Assembly (NCBI GenBank): GCA_028534125.1
Contig: CM052817.1
Location: forward strand, 37,884,001 to 37,948,000
Reading direction: 5' to 3'
DNA length: 64,000 nt
Source of the DNA: Lama glama
Taxonomy: Eukaryota
Part shown: positions 23,969 to 37,043 of the stretch, in pieces
Numbering within the stretch: position 1 is the first letter of the stretch
Layout of the letters: each line of letters starts with the position of its first letter
Notes under the pieces: model-generated
Seen by the model: only the letters and a program-made list of their open reading frames with translations
Database searches by the model: none
What the model was told of the DNA's origin: nothing
Translations under genes and position numbers: made by a program

Positions 23969-25414
23969 TCGCCTGGTAGTCTTGAGGAACCAGGAGACCA
24001 TTGGTCATGGAAAAATATGAACTGGCTAAATAAACCCAGCAAAACAGGAGGAAAACACTAAAACAAGTTTAATATAGATTTCTATCAGAAATTTTCACAC
24101 TTCTCAAAGTAGAAAACGTTTCGTGAAAATAAAGATCGAAAGTATATTTTCAATGTTACAGTACCTGTTGAACAACCTTTGCACGCATAGATGATAGACT
24201 TGCTTGACATCGAAGAAGTCAAACAGGCATTGAGTGCTATATTTAAGCACCAAATCAAATACGAATAAAGTGCCAGGAAAGTTGAAATTATGTAAGATGG
24301 AAAATGCTTTAACCTCATTGTGGGAAGTTTCCTGAAGAAGACGGCTTTCTAGTTAAGGCTCAAAATTTATATGTCTTTACACCTTGGAAACTACAGCACA
24401 TAGATCTTTTGTAGAGGTAGTAAAATCACACTTGACTTTAGAATCTTTAAGGCCTGGGCAGTTGTAGCCCTAGAGTGGTCTTTCATAAGATGGGGAAGCT
24501 TACTCCGGCGTTTGCTGTCCTTTGAGTCTTCCACATCTGACGAAATGTGATTTTAAGTGTGACGTTCCCATGTAGGATTGAGTATATGGAGTCACTCATT
24601 AGATGTAGACTATGTCATCTCCTTGTCATGGATTTCACTTTTATCTCATCTAAAAATTTATGTAGATTATTTTAGATTGTGACCTTCTTTATATTCTAGC
24701 AAGGAAACACCTAGCAGCCCTATGTTTTACACAAAATTAGCTAGAATTTTACTCCCTAAGTAGATATAGAGATAAGGGTTTTTAATATTTTTACATATTT
24801 ATCAGGCAGTAACTGGAAGCGATTTCTTTAAGAATCCATCGTGATAAGAATTTTATATTTATTTTGAGAAAAAACTGGTGCATGTTCACCTAGTGGCTGC
24901 ACAAAATTATTATCATAGGTTTAATTTTCTTTGTTTTAATCAAGATCCTTTGTTTTGGAAGAGTGGAGAAAGTTGATAATGCCAGTAAAAGTGATTTTCA
25001 AGATGAGTAAGATGTGCTTGTACACATAAAGCCTCAGAGAGGCTTGGTGTTCACTGGGAAAGTGTTTTAATTTGGGAGACAGAGCCCTAAGCCAAATTCC
25101 TTATTATCCTCAATTTAATTGAGAAAATTGCTTAACCTCAGCCTTTCTGTCAAGTTTGATTGACAGGTAACTACTAGTGGGAGGTGCACTGAAATGCTGA
25201 GTACCTTAAAATGTCCTGAGACTCCTTGAGAGAGGTGATATGTATGTAACAGGAATAGAAAATCTTAATGTGTGAGGAGACACGCTCTTCTCTATTCCCC
25301 TGCCTCACCGATTTACTCTGCAGATTGGCAAAATCTTTAGAGGCTGAACAGTAGAATCCGGGATGAGTATTTGCATGAAGATATTGTCCTGAGAGAAAAA
25401 GAGAACAGCTGGGG

Positions 25415-25562
25415 ATAAAAGGGGAGAGGGAAGGAAAAGGGAAAGCTCCATCAAGAGACAGAAGAAAGGGAAGGAGGTTTAAGGAAGAGAGTGGGAAGGG
25501 AGAGTGGGGAAAGTTAAGGAGGAGGAAAAATGGGAAATCAACGGGAATGAGAACAAAAGAGA
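25415..25562. repeat. Polypurine (GA-rich) low-complexity tract
   Basis: ~150 nt dominated by G/A. Confidence 0.7.
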
Positions 25563-26405
25563 TTTTAAAGAAATAGTTGGCAAATTGGATCTCTAACTTT
25601 TTTCAGGCAGTACGACTAGAAATTGGAATTACTTTTGGTTGCTGCCTTTTGTTTCTTTGAATACAACACTTGGTACCAGGTATTTGAGTTTTATGGAAAA
25701 ATCACAGAAATTATACATTAGCTCCCTATTTTGAAATACTTTCCACTAGTGCTGTATCGAAATCAAACATGATGAAGGCAAAATCTTTGAAACAGTATCA
25801 ATATCTGATTGCCCAGAGCCAGACTTGGTGACTGCTGGCAGGAAGTCAAATTCTCTGGACGTCATAGACACCACCACAAAATTGTATTAGTTTCTCCTAA
25901 AATACTTTATCGACTTCGTGACCGTGAACCAGTTAATATCCATATTATAAAAGTACAAATGAAACATGTCAACTATATTCTGTTGGTTGATTTTATTAAT
26001 GGGATTTTAGAAAAGGATGAAATGTGAACTGTCATTTGGAGAACTTTTTGGACTTTGCTAACAGGTGCAGCTTGTATTTTCGCTTTGTTAAATAACTCTA
26101 CAGAGCAGTTGTCTTTCTTTTGTTAGGCCTTGGGCAAGATGAAATTATGTGCTCACACAGCTTTTATTTTCTTTTTATCACAGTGGAGCTGTTGTTTTCC
26201 TGAAGTGAGAATGCTGGTGTGTACTTTATAGTAAATAGAAATGGCAGATTTAAAAATATTTAGGTAAAATAATGAGATTCTATAATTAGATATGTTGAAG
26301 TGTTTGTTTCTACTTGGTTATTTTATTTTGTAGAATTTTAAAAAGCTCTGCAAAATAGCACGTGTTAACTTTATTCAAAAGAGACCTGGAGGCTGCTCTA
26401 GACCC

Positions 26406-26881
26406 TTCAACTGAAATAAAGGCACAGCCTAAACGTTGAGAGTTAAGTTTTATTTGGGGGAGGGACTTGAGCCGGGATGACAGCCTCTCAGATCGCTCTG
26501 AGAAACTGCTCCAAAGAGGTAGGGGAGGAGCTAGGATATATGAGTTTTACAACAAAGACCAAGTAGTCTGAACATTAAAAGATTACTTGTTAACTGAAGA
26601 AGACCAGACATCTCAAGTTAAAGAAATCAGTGCTTTTCTATGTATGGGAGGGAGCAAATGTTTGGGCTCATTGAATTCATTCCTTTGACAAGCATCTAGC
26701 TATCTCGGGCCAGTATCACGTCCTTTCTTGTTCTGAGTCCCCTCAGAGTGCACCACTGTGAGTGGCTGCAGAGGCTGGGCAGCAGGCTTGTCTTCACTGC
26801 GGGGTGGCGGCAGTGGCTGATGACTTGATGGCTTCAGCATTCTCTGTTTACTGATATGGCTTGTATTTTTTTTCGTTCACA
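26406..26881 (-). mobile_element. ERV1 solo LTR, MER41-like (cetartiodactyl type)
   Basis: 'gacagcctctcagatcgctctgagaaactgctccaaagaggtaggggaggagctaggatatat' matches the remembered artiodactyl MER41-type LTR. Ends ...ttcaca, polyA signal on the minus strand, possible 4-bp TSD accc/atcc. Confidence 0.75.
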
Positions 26882-27324
26882 ATCCTCTACCCGGGAGGCA
26901 ACTGTATTTTGCAGATGGCTGCTAAGGTGGAATTCTGGGTAGATCAAATCACGTGCCAGTGCTGTTTCTTAAGAGCAGCAGATGATGCAGTTTGCTCAGT
27001 GTGCATGTTGACTCTGGGTTGTATGAGACCTCCTAAGAAACTTCCTAAGCTTGAGTCATCAAGCAAATATCTTCAAATAATGTGGGCTTTGGTCAGAAGC
27101 AAATGGCAAAAGCAGTTTGCCTTCTCTAGACCTGTGAACCATAGTAGTCCACATCTATTTGGACTCTTCTTGTGGAGATGTGAGGGACAGTAAAAGCAAC
27201 AACAACAAGAAGAAACCCGGCAAAATGTGAAGGAAAGAAAATTAGTGCTGATGTTAGGTATCTTGTGTTTTTATGTTTCTCACCCCCAAAATTTTAACTT
27301 AAAATTCAATAATGAATATAAATG

Positions 27325-27540
27325 TATGGAAAAAATAAATCTCAAGCTCTATTTGACATCATACAGAAATTAATTTGAGGTGGATTATAAGATTAAACAT
27401 GTGAGCTAAAGCTGTAAAATTTCGGAGAAACATTTTAAAAATAGATTTTATACTTTGGAGTAGGTAACCCTTTTTAGACATGTACCAGAAGGCATTACAT
27501 ACAAGAAAAAAATACAGTAAGAATAAGAGCTTGCCACATT
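27325..27540 (+). mobile_element. Old L1 ORF2 fragment (L1M/L1ME)
   Basis: 'catacagaaattaatttgaggtggattataagattaaacatgtgagctaaagctgtaaaa' resembles the L1 ORF2 3' part. Confidence 0.6.
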
Positions 27541-30109
27541 CAAAGTCAAATTAATCTCTTCATTTTATGTGTCAGAATGCTGAGCAACTTTTGAAGAGTA
27601 AGATCCCCAATTTCTAGCTGGAATTAGAACATAAAATGCATTCCATTTCTGTGCTAAATGGATACTATAATAAACTGATCCATGTAATGCTTTTAAAATA
27701 TTTTGATTTTCTCAAAGAAATTTAAGGTATTTTATCATAATATCTGCATATTTTCTTATTTAAAGTTGTAAACTTTCTCTTATAAATTGATACCATAATA
27801 TCTTCACAAGACTTTTCATCCTCTTTAAATTATAATATTCAGTCATTCAGAAAACGGCCTCATGGTAGCATATTTTACTTTAAAAATTTTAAATATAGGC
27901 TAGCTCACTGTAGAAATATCTTTTAATTAGAATTTTCATATTAGTTTTACTACTACTATATAGAAACCTTGTTAGTATATGACCTTAAGGATGCCAAATA
28001 TTTGAATTTTGTGTTATTGCGACTTGTATTAGAATGAAGTTGAATTGCTTTCTGATAATTTGTATTTTGTTATCTAGGATTTTATTCTTAATCAGACTGA
28101 GGCTGGGCTTGGCTGAGCAGGTAGTAGCAAGGAATGCAGTATCTGAAGTGATACTGCTCTCTAAATGGGAGCAGACACATGGAGGAAGAAGAGTGTGAAT
28201 TAATAGATGAAGTGGGCCGCACAGAGACAAGAGAGTAGGTGCAGAGACACAGGCCGGGAGTGCTGAGACTAGTGCACAGACTCACTGTGCTCTTAGGCAC
28301 GCAAGCACTTTCTGAATTGAATTATTAAGACCTGGGAGTCAGAGGAAGAGCTTAAGGAGTGCAATGAGGTAGTCATGGTGATAAAAACGAACGATTTTAG
28401 GAGACACAGTTTGAATTAACTGGAAGAAGAGATTTGAAGCACTGAGGCTAGCAAAGAGAAATTTGAATTTGTCAAAATGACAGGAACCAAAAACATTAAG
28501 GAGTCCAGGCATGCGTCATAATGACAAGACAATATACTCACTACACAGCCTGGTAGCTCACTCTAACAGACTAGTGGGTTCTAATAATTTATGTAGTTTA
28601 TGTTTAGGAGGTGGGGAGAGGAAAGCAGAGAATGTCACATTGCATTGCAATAGTTTGTATACTTATCTTTTTCTCTCATATTACAGGTATTTTATTACTC
28701 TTACCTTTGTATTATACCATATTTTGAACGGGGAAAGGTGCATTTTAGCCATTTAATAAATGTTGGTAGACATTGTGAAGTCAGTAATTAAATCATTACT
28801 GTATGTATAATACCACATACCATGCACTATTCTAGGCACTGGAAATACATAATAAAGAGCAACATAGAAGGAGTCACATCCTTCGGTTTATATTCTACTG
28901 AGGACAAGAGAGTAGAGGAGACAATGACATGTAATTCACTCAGTCACATACAGATGAGTTATATAAAGCATTAAAAAACTGGGTAAATATAGAAAATGGG
29001 AGGATGGGTGAGTAACTCTGGCTGGAGCTGTCAAGGAAGGCCTGTGGGTGGATATGATATTTCAGTTAAGACCCGAGTGGTGAGATGGAGGCTGTCAAAA
29101 TGAAGACCTAGGGAAAGAGTATCTCAAGGAGAAGGAACACAAAAGCAAATGAACAAAGGTGGAGATGCGCTTTGGGTGTTCAAGAGAAAGAAGGACAGCA
29201 TGAGTGAAGTGGAGTGAGCAGTAGAGGATGGAGGGACAGGAGACCCGAGAGGCAGCCAAGTAGGTCTGAAACATTGGTGTTTTGAATCAGGATGGTGATA
29301 GTAAGGGTCACGAAAGATGACTGAATTAGGGATACATATAGTGAAAGCAGAGCAGATAGTATTTGCTGACAGAATGGATTTGGAATATTGAATAAAAGAG
29401 GAGAATCAATGATGGCTGCAAGATTTTGGAAGGACAGAATTAATATTTACTGAAATGGGGGAAGACCTCAGTATGGGTAGGTTTTTCAAAGAAAAACGAA
29501 TATTCAGTTTCAGAAATTTTAATTTTTAGACATCTATTAGACATGTAAGTGGTGACTTGGAGTGTGTGTACACACACACACACATACACACTGGACTTCA
29601 ATGGAGAAGTCCTGACTATGACTGTAGGTACAGGTTTGAGAGTGGTCAGCATCTGATTATATTTAAAGAAGAGACAAAATGAGACACCCTAGGGAAGGAA
29701 AGGGGGAGAGGAAAGATCTGAGGCCTAAGATCTGGGCACTTCAACATTGGAAGTCAGGAGATGAGGAGACTGAGGAGAGATCAGTTAGGCAAGCCAAGTG
29801 AAGAAATTCTTTCAAGGAGAGAATGGTCAGCTGCGTCAAGTGATGCTGATAGGTCAAGCAGGTTTCAGGTCAATATTTTACCATTGGATTTGGCAACAGG
29901 GAGTCATTAAATTTGACAAATCTGTTTCAGTGGGTGGTGAGGGCAAAAGCCTAACTGGAATGGGTTCAAGAGAGAAGGAGAAAGAGATTTGAGGACAGCA
30001 AGTATAGACTTTGAAGGAATTTTGTTGTAAATACATACAGAGAAATGCGATGGTAGCTAGAAGCAGACATGGGTTCAACAAAAGCTTCTGTTTTGTTCTG
30101 TTTTTTTCC

Positions 30110-30521
30110 CCATTTAAAAAAATTGATGTACAATTTATATAAGTTACAAATATACAATATAGTGATTCACAATTTTTAATGGTTATACTCCATTTATAGT
30201 TATTATAAAATATTGGATATATTCCCCATGTTATACAATATATCCTTGTAGCTTGTTTTATATAAATATTTTGTACCTTTTAATTCCCTGCCTCTATATT
30301 TCTCCTACCCCTTTCCCTCTCCCCACTGGTAACTACTAGTTTGTTCTCCATATCTGTGAGTCTGCTTCTTTTTTGTTATATTCACTAGTTTGTTGTATTT
30401 TTTAGCTTCCATACATAAATGATATCATATGACTTACTTCACTTAGCATAATACCCACAAAGTCCATCCATGTTGCTGCAAATGGCAGAATTTTATTATT
30501 TTTTATGGCTGAGTGCTATTC

Positions 30522-30565
<44 letters not shown>

Positions 30566-30790
30566 CACATTTTTATCCATTCATCTGTTGACAGACATTT
30601 AGGTTGCTTCCAATTTACATTCCCATCAACAGTGTATGAAGGATCCCTTTTCTCTACGTCCTTGCCAACATTTGTTATTTGTGTTCTTTTTGACAATGGC
30701 CATTCTGACAAGTCTGAGGTGATATCTCATTTTTATTTGCATTTCCCTGATAACTAGCAATGTTAAGCGTCTTTTCATGTGCCTGTAAGT
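30110..30790 (-). mobile_element. L1 3' end (cetartiodactyl type), internally deleted, with (TG)n
   Basis: The antisense ORF reads ...QITNVGKDVEKRDPSYTVDGNVN/WKQPKCLSTDEWIKMWY, which is the L1 ORF2 C-terminus joined across a deletion, followed by 3'UTR. Confidence 0.92.
30527..30562. repeat. (TG)18 microsatellite
   Basis: Read directly from the sequence. Confidence 0.95.
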
Positions 30791-33299
30791 GGGGTGATAT
30801 TAACACATATTTGTATGCTAGTGAAAGGATTCAACAGAGCATGAGAATGCACTATATAGAAAAGGCCTTTGAGAAAATAGAGCATATTAGAGCAGGTGTT
30901 AGGGCACAAGAGGAAGGGTTGGCAAAGATCTGAGCAGCAGCACTACTTCCAGGATAGCAGAAGGAAAGGCAGAGAGAGAGAGAGCAACAATTTTTGATGG
31001 AAAGATGAAGTAGTTCTTTGATTACAGCTGTTTTCTTAAATTATGATATAAGGTTATCAGATGAGAGTGGAGCAGAAGGGGTTTTTGAAAATTTTAGGAG
31101 AATAAGAAGAAAGAATGAAATAGTCATCTAGGAAAATAGGAACTGAAATTTTGAGGGAATAATCATGGATTATTTCTGACAATGCTGAGGAATCTTGACT
31201 CAAATTTGTAGGGAGACTAAGCAGTATGGTCAGGATTTTCTACAGTAGTTCATTTGCTTAGGTTCTGGCAAGAATAATTGGATAGTTGTGTTTAACAAAG
31301 GCCAGGGTTTCTCCAGGCAGATATAATGAAGGAAGAGTCTTTCCGATTTCAGTAAACAGCAACTCCATCCTTCCATAACCTTGGAGCCATTGTTGATTCT
31401 CCTCTGTTTCTTTTCCATCCCAAATCCAATTTGTGAGCAAATCTTATCAGAGTGATTATAGTGCTGGTCCACGGATGAGACGCTGAGTAAAAAGGGAGCT
31501 AAGATTGTTGAGGGAGTGTTGGAGATGAAACATGGTCGGGTAATGGATTGGAGAGCCTTAGTGAGGGTGGTAAAGTACTGCTATGGATTACGAGATGAGT
31601 GGTTTGGATGCAAAGGAGGTACTTTGAAATTGAGATTTGCATGTTCTACAATTATTGATGGTGGTTAATCCTTGAGGGTAGAACCGTGTGAAATTGGTGG
31701 AGAAAAAGTCACTGGAGCTCAGGTAGTCAAGAAACGAAGAGGCCAGTGCATTTGTTGGTGGCTGTTGAAGTCACTGAGAATGATGGTAAGATAGTGGAGG
31801 AGAGAAAGACAATGAGTTTAATGTTAAGTTCATTAATAAATGTAAGATTCATGACATCAAAAAGGAATGGATGGTAACGTCTAATGAAACCAGCTTCAAA
31901 TGATTTAGGATTTTAAAAGATAAAGAAGGAGAAAGTATTTGGAAAAGGCACTGGAGAGGAAGCAGCAAACGGACTTGACTCAAAATCTTTGAGAAACCTG
32001 GGACGTACAGCGAACCACAGCTCCTGCTTGAGAGCTCTGTTAGGGGAAGCCAGATGTCAGGCGCAGCAGGAAGGTGAAAAGTCATCTGAGGACACAGGAG
32101 GAGGAGTTTCCTGATGAAAGATTGAATTCCAGAGGGCAAGGTGGAAGGTTGTAGGAGAGTGGGGACAGATTAGGGAATATCCAGGGATCAACCCCCCTGA
32201 GGGAATGGATGCTTTGGCAGGCTGGGTCTTCTGATGGTGACTGGGGGAATAGGATGGTAGAGAGTGATGAGATTAATTCTGCAAGCCTCAGAGCAAGTCG
32301 TATTTGAAGACCCCCAGGTGGCTGACCTCTTCCTTGAGGGGAAGAAGTACTCTTGAGAGGGGTACGCAGAGAATTAAGAGCTTAGGACATCTTGAGATAC
32401 TGGGACGAAGGAAAAGGATACGATAGGAATCATTACATTTACGTGGCTGATTCAGATGCTTTGTTAGAGTTCTTCTTTTGTCTACCTATCAAAAATCGAA
32501 GCAGGGCAATTTTATTTTTGCAGAAGCAAATTATAGCATTGAGGGAAAATCTGTACTAAAATAGTAACTTCTTTGAGCTTTTTCATTCAAGACAGCATTT
32601 ATTTTGTAGCTATAAATCCATTTCTAACTGACTGCATCCATTTACATTTGACTTACACACTTGTTAATTTGTTTCATCTAATAGTCAGCACAGAAGCTTG
32701 GGCTTGGAGACCAAAATGGTCCCAACAACTGGGTTCCTCAAATAAATCTGAATTCTGATGTAAAGAAAATACAGTACATTAATATATACCCATACCATAC
32801 CATCATTTGATCAGGGTTGAAATGAAAAATTTTATAATACAGGGGACACACACTACTTTTCACATTGTTGTGTTTTTAATGCTTTGCATTGTGTCGGTCT
32901 GGCAGGCTGACTTCCTAAGTCCTACTAAGCGGCCCAACAAGCAGATTTAATAACCAATTAAAAACTCAAGAGGATTAAGTGAATTTCAGAGTTGCAGACA
33001 GAATGAAGCTTCTTAAAATCCTAGTTCATTTATGGTTGACCAAGATATTATTAGTACGCATTAGTCAGTCAGGAATCAAATAAATGACTCTTGTTATTTT
33101 TCACATGCTGTGAGCCAGTTGCTGCTCTAATTGATTTAGGATGTAGAGGAAGTAGGAAAATGTGTAGGAGGTTTAGAGGATGCTACGTAACCTGTTTCCA
33201 GATGCCTCTGACATCATCAGCTTGTTAGTACAAATGGGACCGAATTCAAACACTAAAATATTTGTCATTGTTGCTGTTACTGTTCTAACCATCTGCATG

Positions 33300-33480
33300 G
33301 ATGAACCCTTGAGCTCTCACAACATGTCTGTGAGCTAGGGACTATTATTACATCCATTTTACACTAGAGGAAACTGAAGCACTGACTATTAAATAACTTG
33401 CCCAAGGTCATACACCTGTAAGTGGTAGGCCAGCATTTGAGCCCAGGTACTGACTCCAGAGCCCAAGATCTTCCTACAGT
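33300..33480 (-). mobile_element. MIR SINE
   Basis: 'ccattttacactagaggaaactgaagc...taacttgcccaaggtcatacacc...tgactccagagccc'. Confidence 0.85.
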
Positions 33481-35329
33481 CCTATACAATTTCACAGGTC
33501 ATGGCAGCTCTCCTCTTGGTCCATGCTGAAATTGGACCTCATTCTCCATTTACCAGATATCCCTACTCTTTTCCTTGAGTGTTTCATACACATAGCCAGT
33601 GTTAAAGAGAAATTCATACATGTTCTCTTGAACTAATCTGCCATCCCTTTTATAGCATTTATGCCAATTTTTCCTTTTTAAAAATTTCCATCTCTCTTTA
33701 TCCATCTTTCTACTTATGAAGCAGCCCTGTTGTCAGATGTGAAAATACTGAGTTAAAGGTGCTGTCCCTTGCTGCTCAGGAAGCTGTCAGTCCTCAAGGT
33801 CAGAAGAGCCCGGCATTCATGCAGAAGGGGTAATGAACCTTGCCCCAACCGTGGGTGGCAGGCTGTCATCTTGACGCTGAAAACAGCACTGCTTGTGGAC
33901 AGCATTTTAAAAAAAACCCTCTTGAAAATAGTTTCTGCAGCTTCTGCCTCTAATGCATCTCTCAATTTGTGCTCCAAATATCCTAAGGGGTTGAATGAGA
34001 ACTCAGGCATTCTCCTAATCTATTTACATCTATTCTCCTTCGGTGCCCGTGTACCAGAAATAAAACAAAATGAAATAATAACCCATATGTGTTCCTTTCT
34101 CTGTCACCAAAGCCAATTCATTTTTCAGGTTATTTCAATGGATACTCAAGGGAGTGACCCACAAGTTCCATAGCCTGGCAAGCCACCTTTGGGCTTAGCA
34201 GGGACTACGAATTGGCAGACTTTGTAACAGCATTTTTTGTTTTTTGTTTTTTTTTGGCTCTTGGGCAAAGAAATGCTTCTGAACAGGTTTAGAATCTGTA
34301 TAAATTCCATAGTCATCAAAAACTAAGAGAAGGGGATATATTTTAGAAGAAAGAAGCATATTAAGGAATTCTATTCAAATCTTGAAGAGCTGGGTACAGG
34401 GCCAGCCTCAGGCACAATTGTGAATTAGATGATGTTTTTCTTCGGTGTTCCCAGCCTGTCCTTTCAACCATTCTGTTCCTTCCTTGCTATAACTCTTTAC
34501 CAGAATCAGGAAAGAACAAAAAGCAAATATAACTATAAATTTAACTTTAATAACTTTTTGCTTTTTAAATTTATTTCTAATTATAAAATCTTTTTTTTTT
34601 TTATTACCAAAGGAGTTTCAGACATCACTGAAGAGGATTAGAATGAAGGGCAGGGGATTTAAAAAAAAATCCTCTGGGAGCCCTAAAATCACAACTCACA
34701 ACCTACCAGCTGCTCTGACTTTAAGGCTGCTTCAGTTAGTGGGGCTATTTAAAGATTTTCCCAATGCATTCCAAGAAGCTAAACAGAAGTATCTTGTCCC
34801 TTCTTGTTCTTGTTGGTGTGAAACTCATTTGGCTTGAAAAGTTTTTTTACTCTGTGAATGTTTGCACTTTGAAAGACCATATTCTTAATTTGTACTGGCA
34901 ACTGTGCCAAATATCTTGGCAACTTTACAAAAAAAATAGCTTTAATGTTAAAGGAAACTCATATACTATGAAGGCTGTCATAATATGTTGAACTGGTAGG
35001 GAAAATTGGAATTAATATGACATTTTCTTGCTAACTTCAAATTTCAAAATTAAAACACATTTTATTGCAAGCAAGAAATGGAAGTCTTGAACACATAACT
35101 TTTCTGCTGTTTATGTCTGGAGCAACTAGAATATTGACTTTAATCAACAATCATAATAATTGTGATCATTTGATATTACGAGTTTATATGAGAGAAATAA
35201 GAGGTGGAAGCTTTCTTCAGCTAAACACAGTTTAAAAATCTCTCTGTACAGCTGAATGGACCTTTGGAAATGATCCTTTTGTTGGAATGTGCTTTATAAT
35301 AGTTCTTGGGTTATAATGATGTTACCAAT

Positions 35330-35560
35330 AATAGTATAATCTACCACTTTTTTTCAGTGCATATTACATTCAAACATCAGTGTACATCATCTTTAGTGTT
35401 TATTAAAACCTTGCAGGATAGGTCTTGTTCTCTCTGATTTCCAGAAGAAATGGAAGCTCAGATAATTTTGTTGACTTGCTCAGGCACGAGTGATGTGCTC
35501 CAGTTAAAATGCAAACCTTCATCTATCCAGACCTAAAGCCTTCTCTCTTTCAACTATATC
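35330..35560 (-). mobile_element. MIR SINE, decayed
   Basis: 'agaagaaatggaagctcagataattttgttgacttgctcagg'. Confidence 0.55.
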
Positions 35561-35853
35561 CAGCTATATCTCTAAACCAAAGATTAATCCCTGACTATTT
35601 GTCATACCGATATATAAGTGGCAGTGGCTATAAGGGCATAGGCAGTTAGTTTGAACCAGGGAAATAATAGCACAGTCGTGGGGCATGGGGTAAGTAAACA
35701 TCCAGGTTTAGAGGTGATTCTGGCTGGATTAGTTTGGAGGTTGATGTAAATAGGAGCTCTCAAGGTAGGTGACGGCTGGTGGCTGAACCAAGTGGACACA
35801 TTCGGAGCAGGAAAATACGTTACAAGAGCCTTGAAAAATAGCAGAAGCCATGG

Positions 35854-36350
35854 TGTTTCAGTGTGAGTTCGGCGAGAAACAGCATACTCACATTTGGCAA
35901 TTTGAAGAGTATTTAAAAAAGGGGCTAATTTAAATATGTGGATAGGGTATAGAGAAATGACAGGGGAGAGTGTGATCCCCTGAGGAACGTAAAAACAGGA
36001 AGCTGTTCCTATCCATAAGCCTAAAGGAGTCAGGGGACAGTGGTTCCTGAAACCTGGACGTGTGACCTTTACAGCAGTAGTTCACAGTAGCTGTGACCTT
36101 TACAGCCACCCTATGATGGCTTTGATGACAACCTCCTTATGATGCACCCCATAAGGAGGGAACTGGAGAAACAACTACCCCAACTTCCTGTTTTACCCTC
36201 CCTCTAATCTTTTACGGTGCTCCTCAGTGGCTCAACAGGAGGCTACAGGGCACGGCATTAATGAACTGCATGCTGGTCGGTCTCCTGGGTACTGGGCAGG
36301 TTGGAGAAAGTGGGAGAGGAGATGCAAAGGTGCAAGTACAAGCGTCCCAG
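35854..36350 (-). mobile_element. ERVL solo LTR (LTR41-like)
   Basis: 'catactcacatttggcaatttgaagagtatttaaaaaagggg...atagggtatagagaaa' resembles the remembered LTR41-type consensus. Orientation is tentative. Confidence 0.5.
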
Positions 36351-36386
36351 CCCAAGATGTCAGGCAGAGGAGCAATAACCTGTCAG

Positions 36387-36628
36387 AGGGAGGGGAAGGG
36401 ATAAATTGGAAGTTCAGGATTTATAGATACAAACTACTATGTATAAAATAGATAAACAACAAGGCCCTACTGTATAGCACAGGGAACTATATTCAATACC
36501 TTTAATAAACTATAAAGAAAAAGGATATGAATAAGAATATTATATATATATATGACTGAATCACTATGCTGTACACCAGAAACTAACACAACATTGTAAA
36601 TCAGCTGTACTTCAATTAAAAACAAAAA
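36387..36628 (+). mobile_element. L1 3' end (cetartiodactyl type)
   Basis: 'gggataaattgg...agatacaaactactatgtataaaatagataaacaacaagg...tatagcacagggaactatattcaat...aacacaacattgtaaatc' plus A tail. Confidence 0.92.
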
Positions 36629-36729
36629 TCAAGGAGAGAGTAGAGCCAAGGAGACTAGAAAGCTGGGTTAGGATCAAATGGGACTTCAGAGCTGAGGCTC
36701 TAGCTTGCTTCGTTCACTGTATTGGTGAG

Positions 36730-36840
36730 AATCATTCATTCATTTATTCATTCATTTATTTATTCATTTATTCAACGAAACACTCCTCAATTTCTGTTAC
36801 ATGCCAGGCCTGTGGTTATTGTACTAGGTGCAGTGACACA
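36730..36840 (-). mobile_element. L2 3' terminus with (ATTC/ATTT)n
   Basis: 'cattcattcatttattcattc...tgccaggcctgtg'. Confidence 0.65.
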
Positions 36841-37043
36841 GTGTGTCAGTCATGAGGTGTGTGAAAAAGGGCAATCAGAAACATTTTCCTGGTGTGTTTA
36901 TTAATTATTTATATATTATTCTATTACCTACTACTACTCTAAATTCTACAAGCAAGGCCAAGGGATCTTTTTAGTTCCATTAATTAATCAGATCCAAAAC
37001 GTTGCCATAAGTCACACAGGCATCCGATTCATTTAGAAGGACA

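Larger units (their letters stand above)
28780..32200 (-). mobile_element. Long L2 LINE relic, interrupted by L1 at 30110-30790
   Basis: Continuous purine-rich antisense L2 motifs ('atttactgaaatgggg', 'ccattggatttggcaaca', 'gtatagactttgaaggaattttgttgtaaa'). Confidence 0.75.

Noticed and set aside
24191..24268. Protein-like mini-ORF MIDLLDIEEVKQALSAIFKHQIKYE* after an AG
   Set aside because: There is no pyrimidine tract, and the surroundings resemble a decayed antisense L2.
25607..25679. Possible 73-nt exon (tttttcag|...CAG|gtattt)
   Set aside because: Weak donor, only one open frame with an unconvincing peptide, and a U-rich body.
33753..34173. 134-aa and 85-aa overlapping ORFs
   Set aside because: Non-ATG start for the longer ORF, no domain, and no splice context. 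Consistent with chance.
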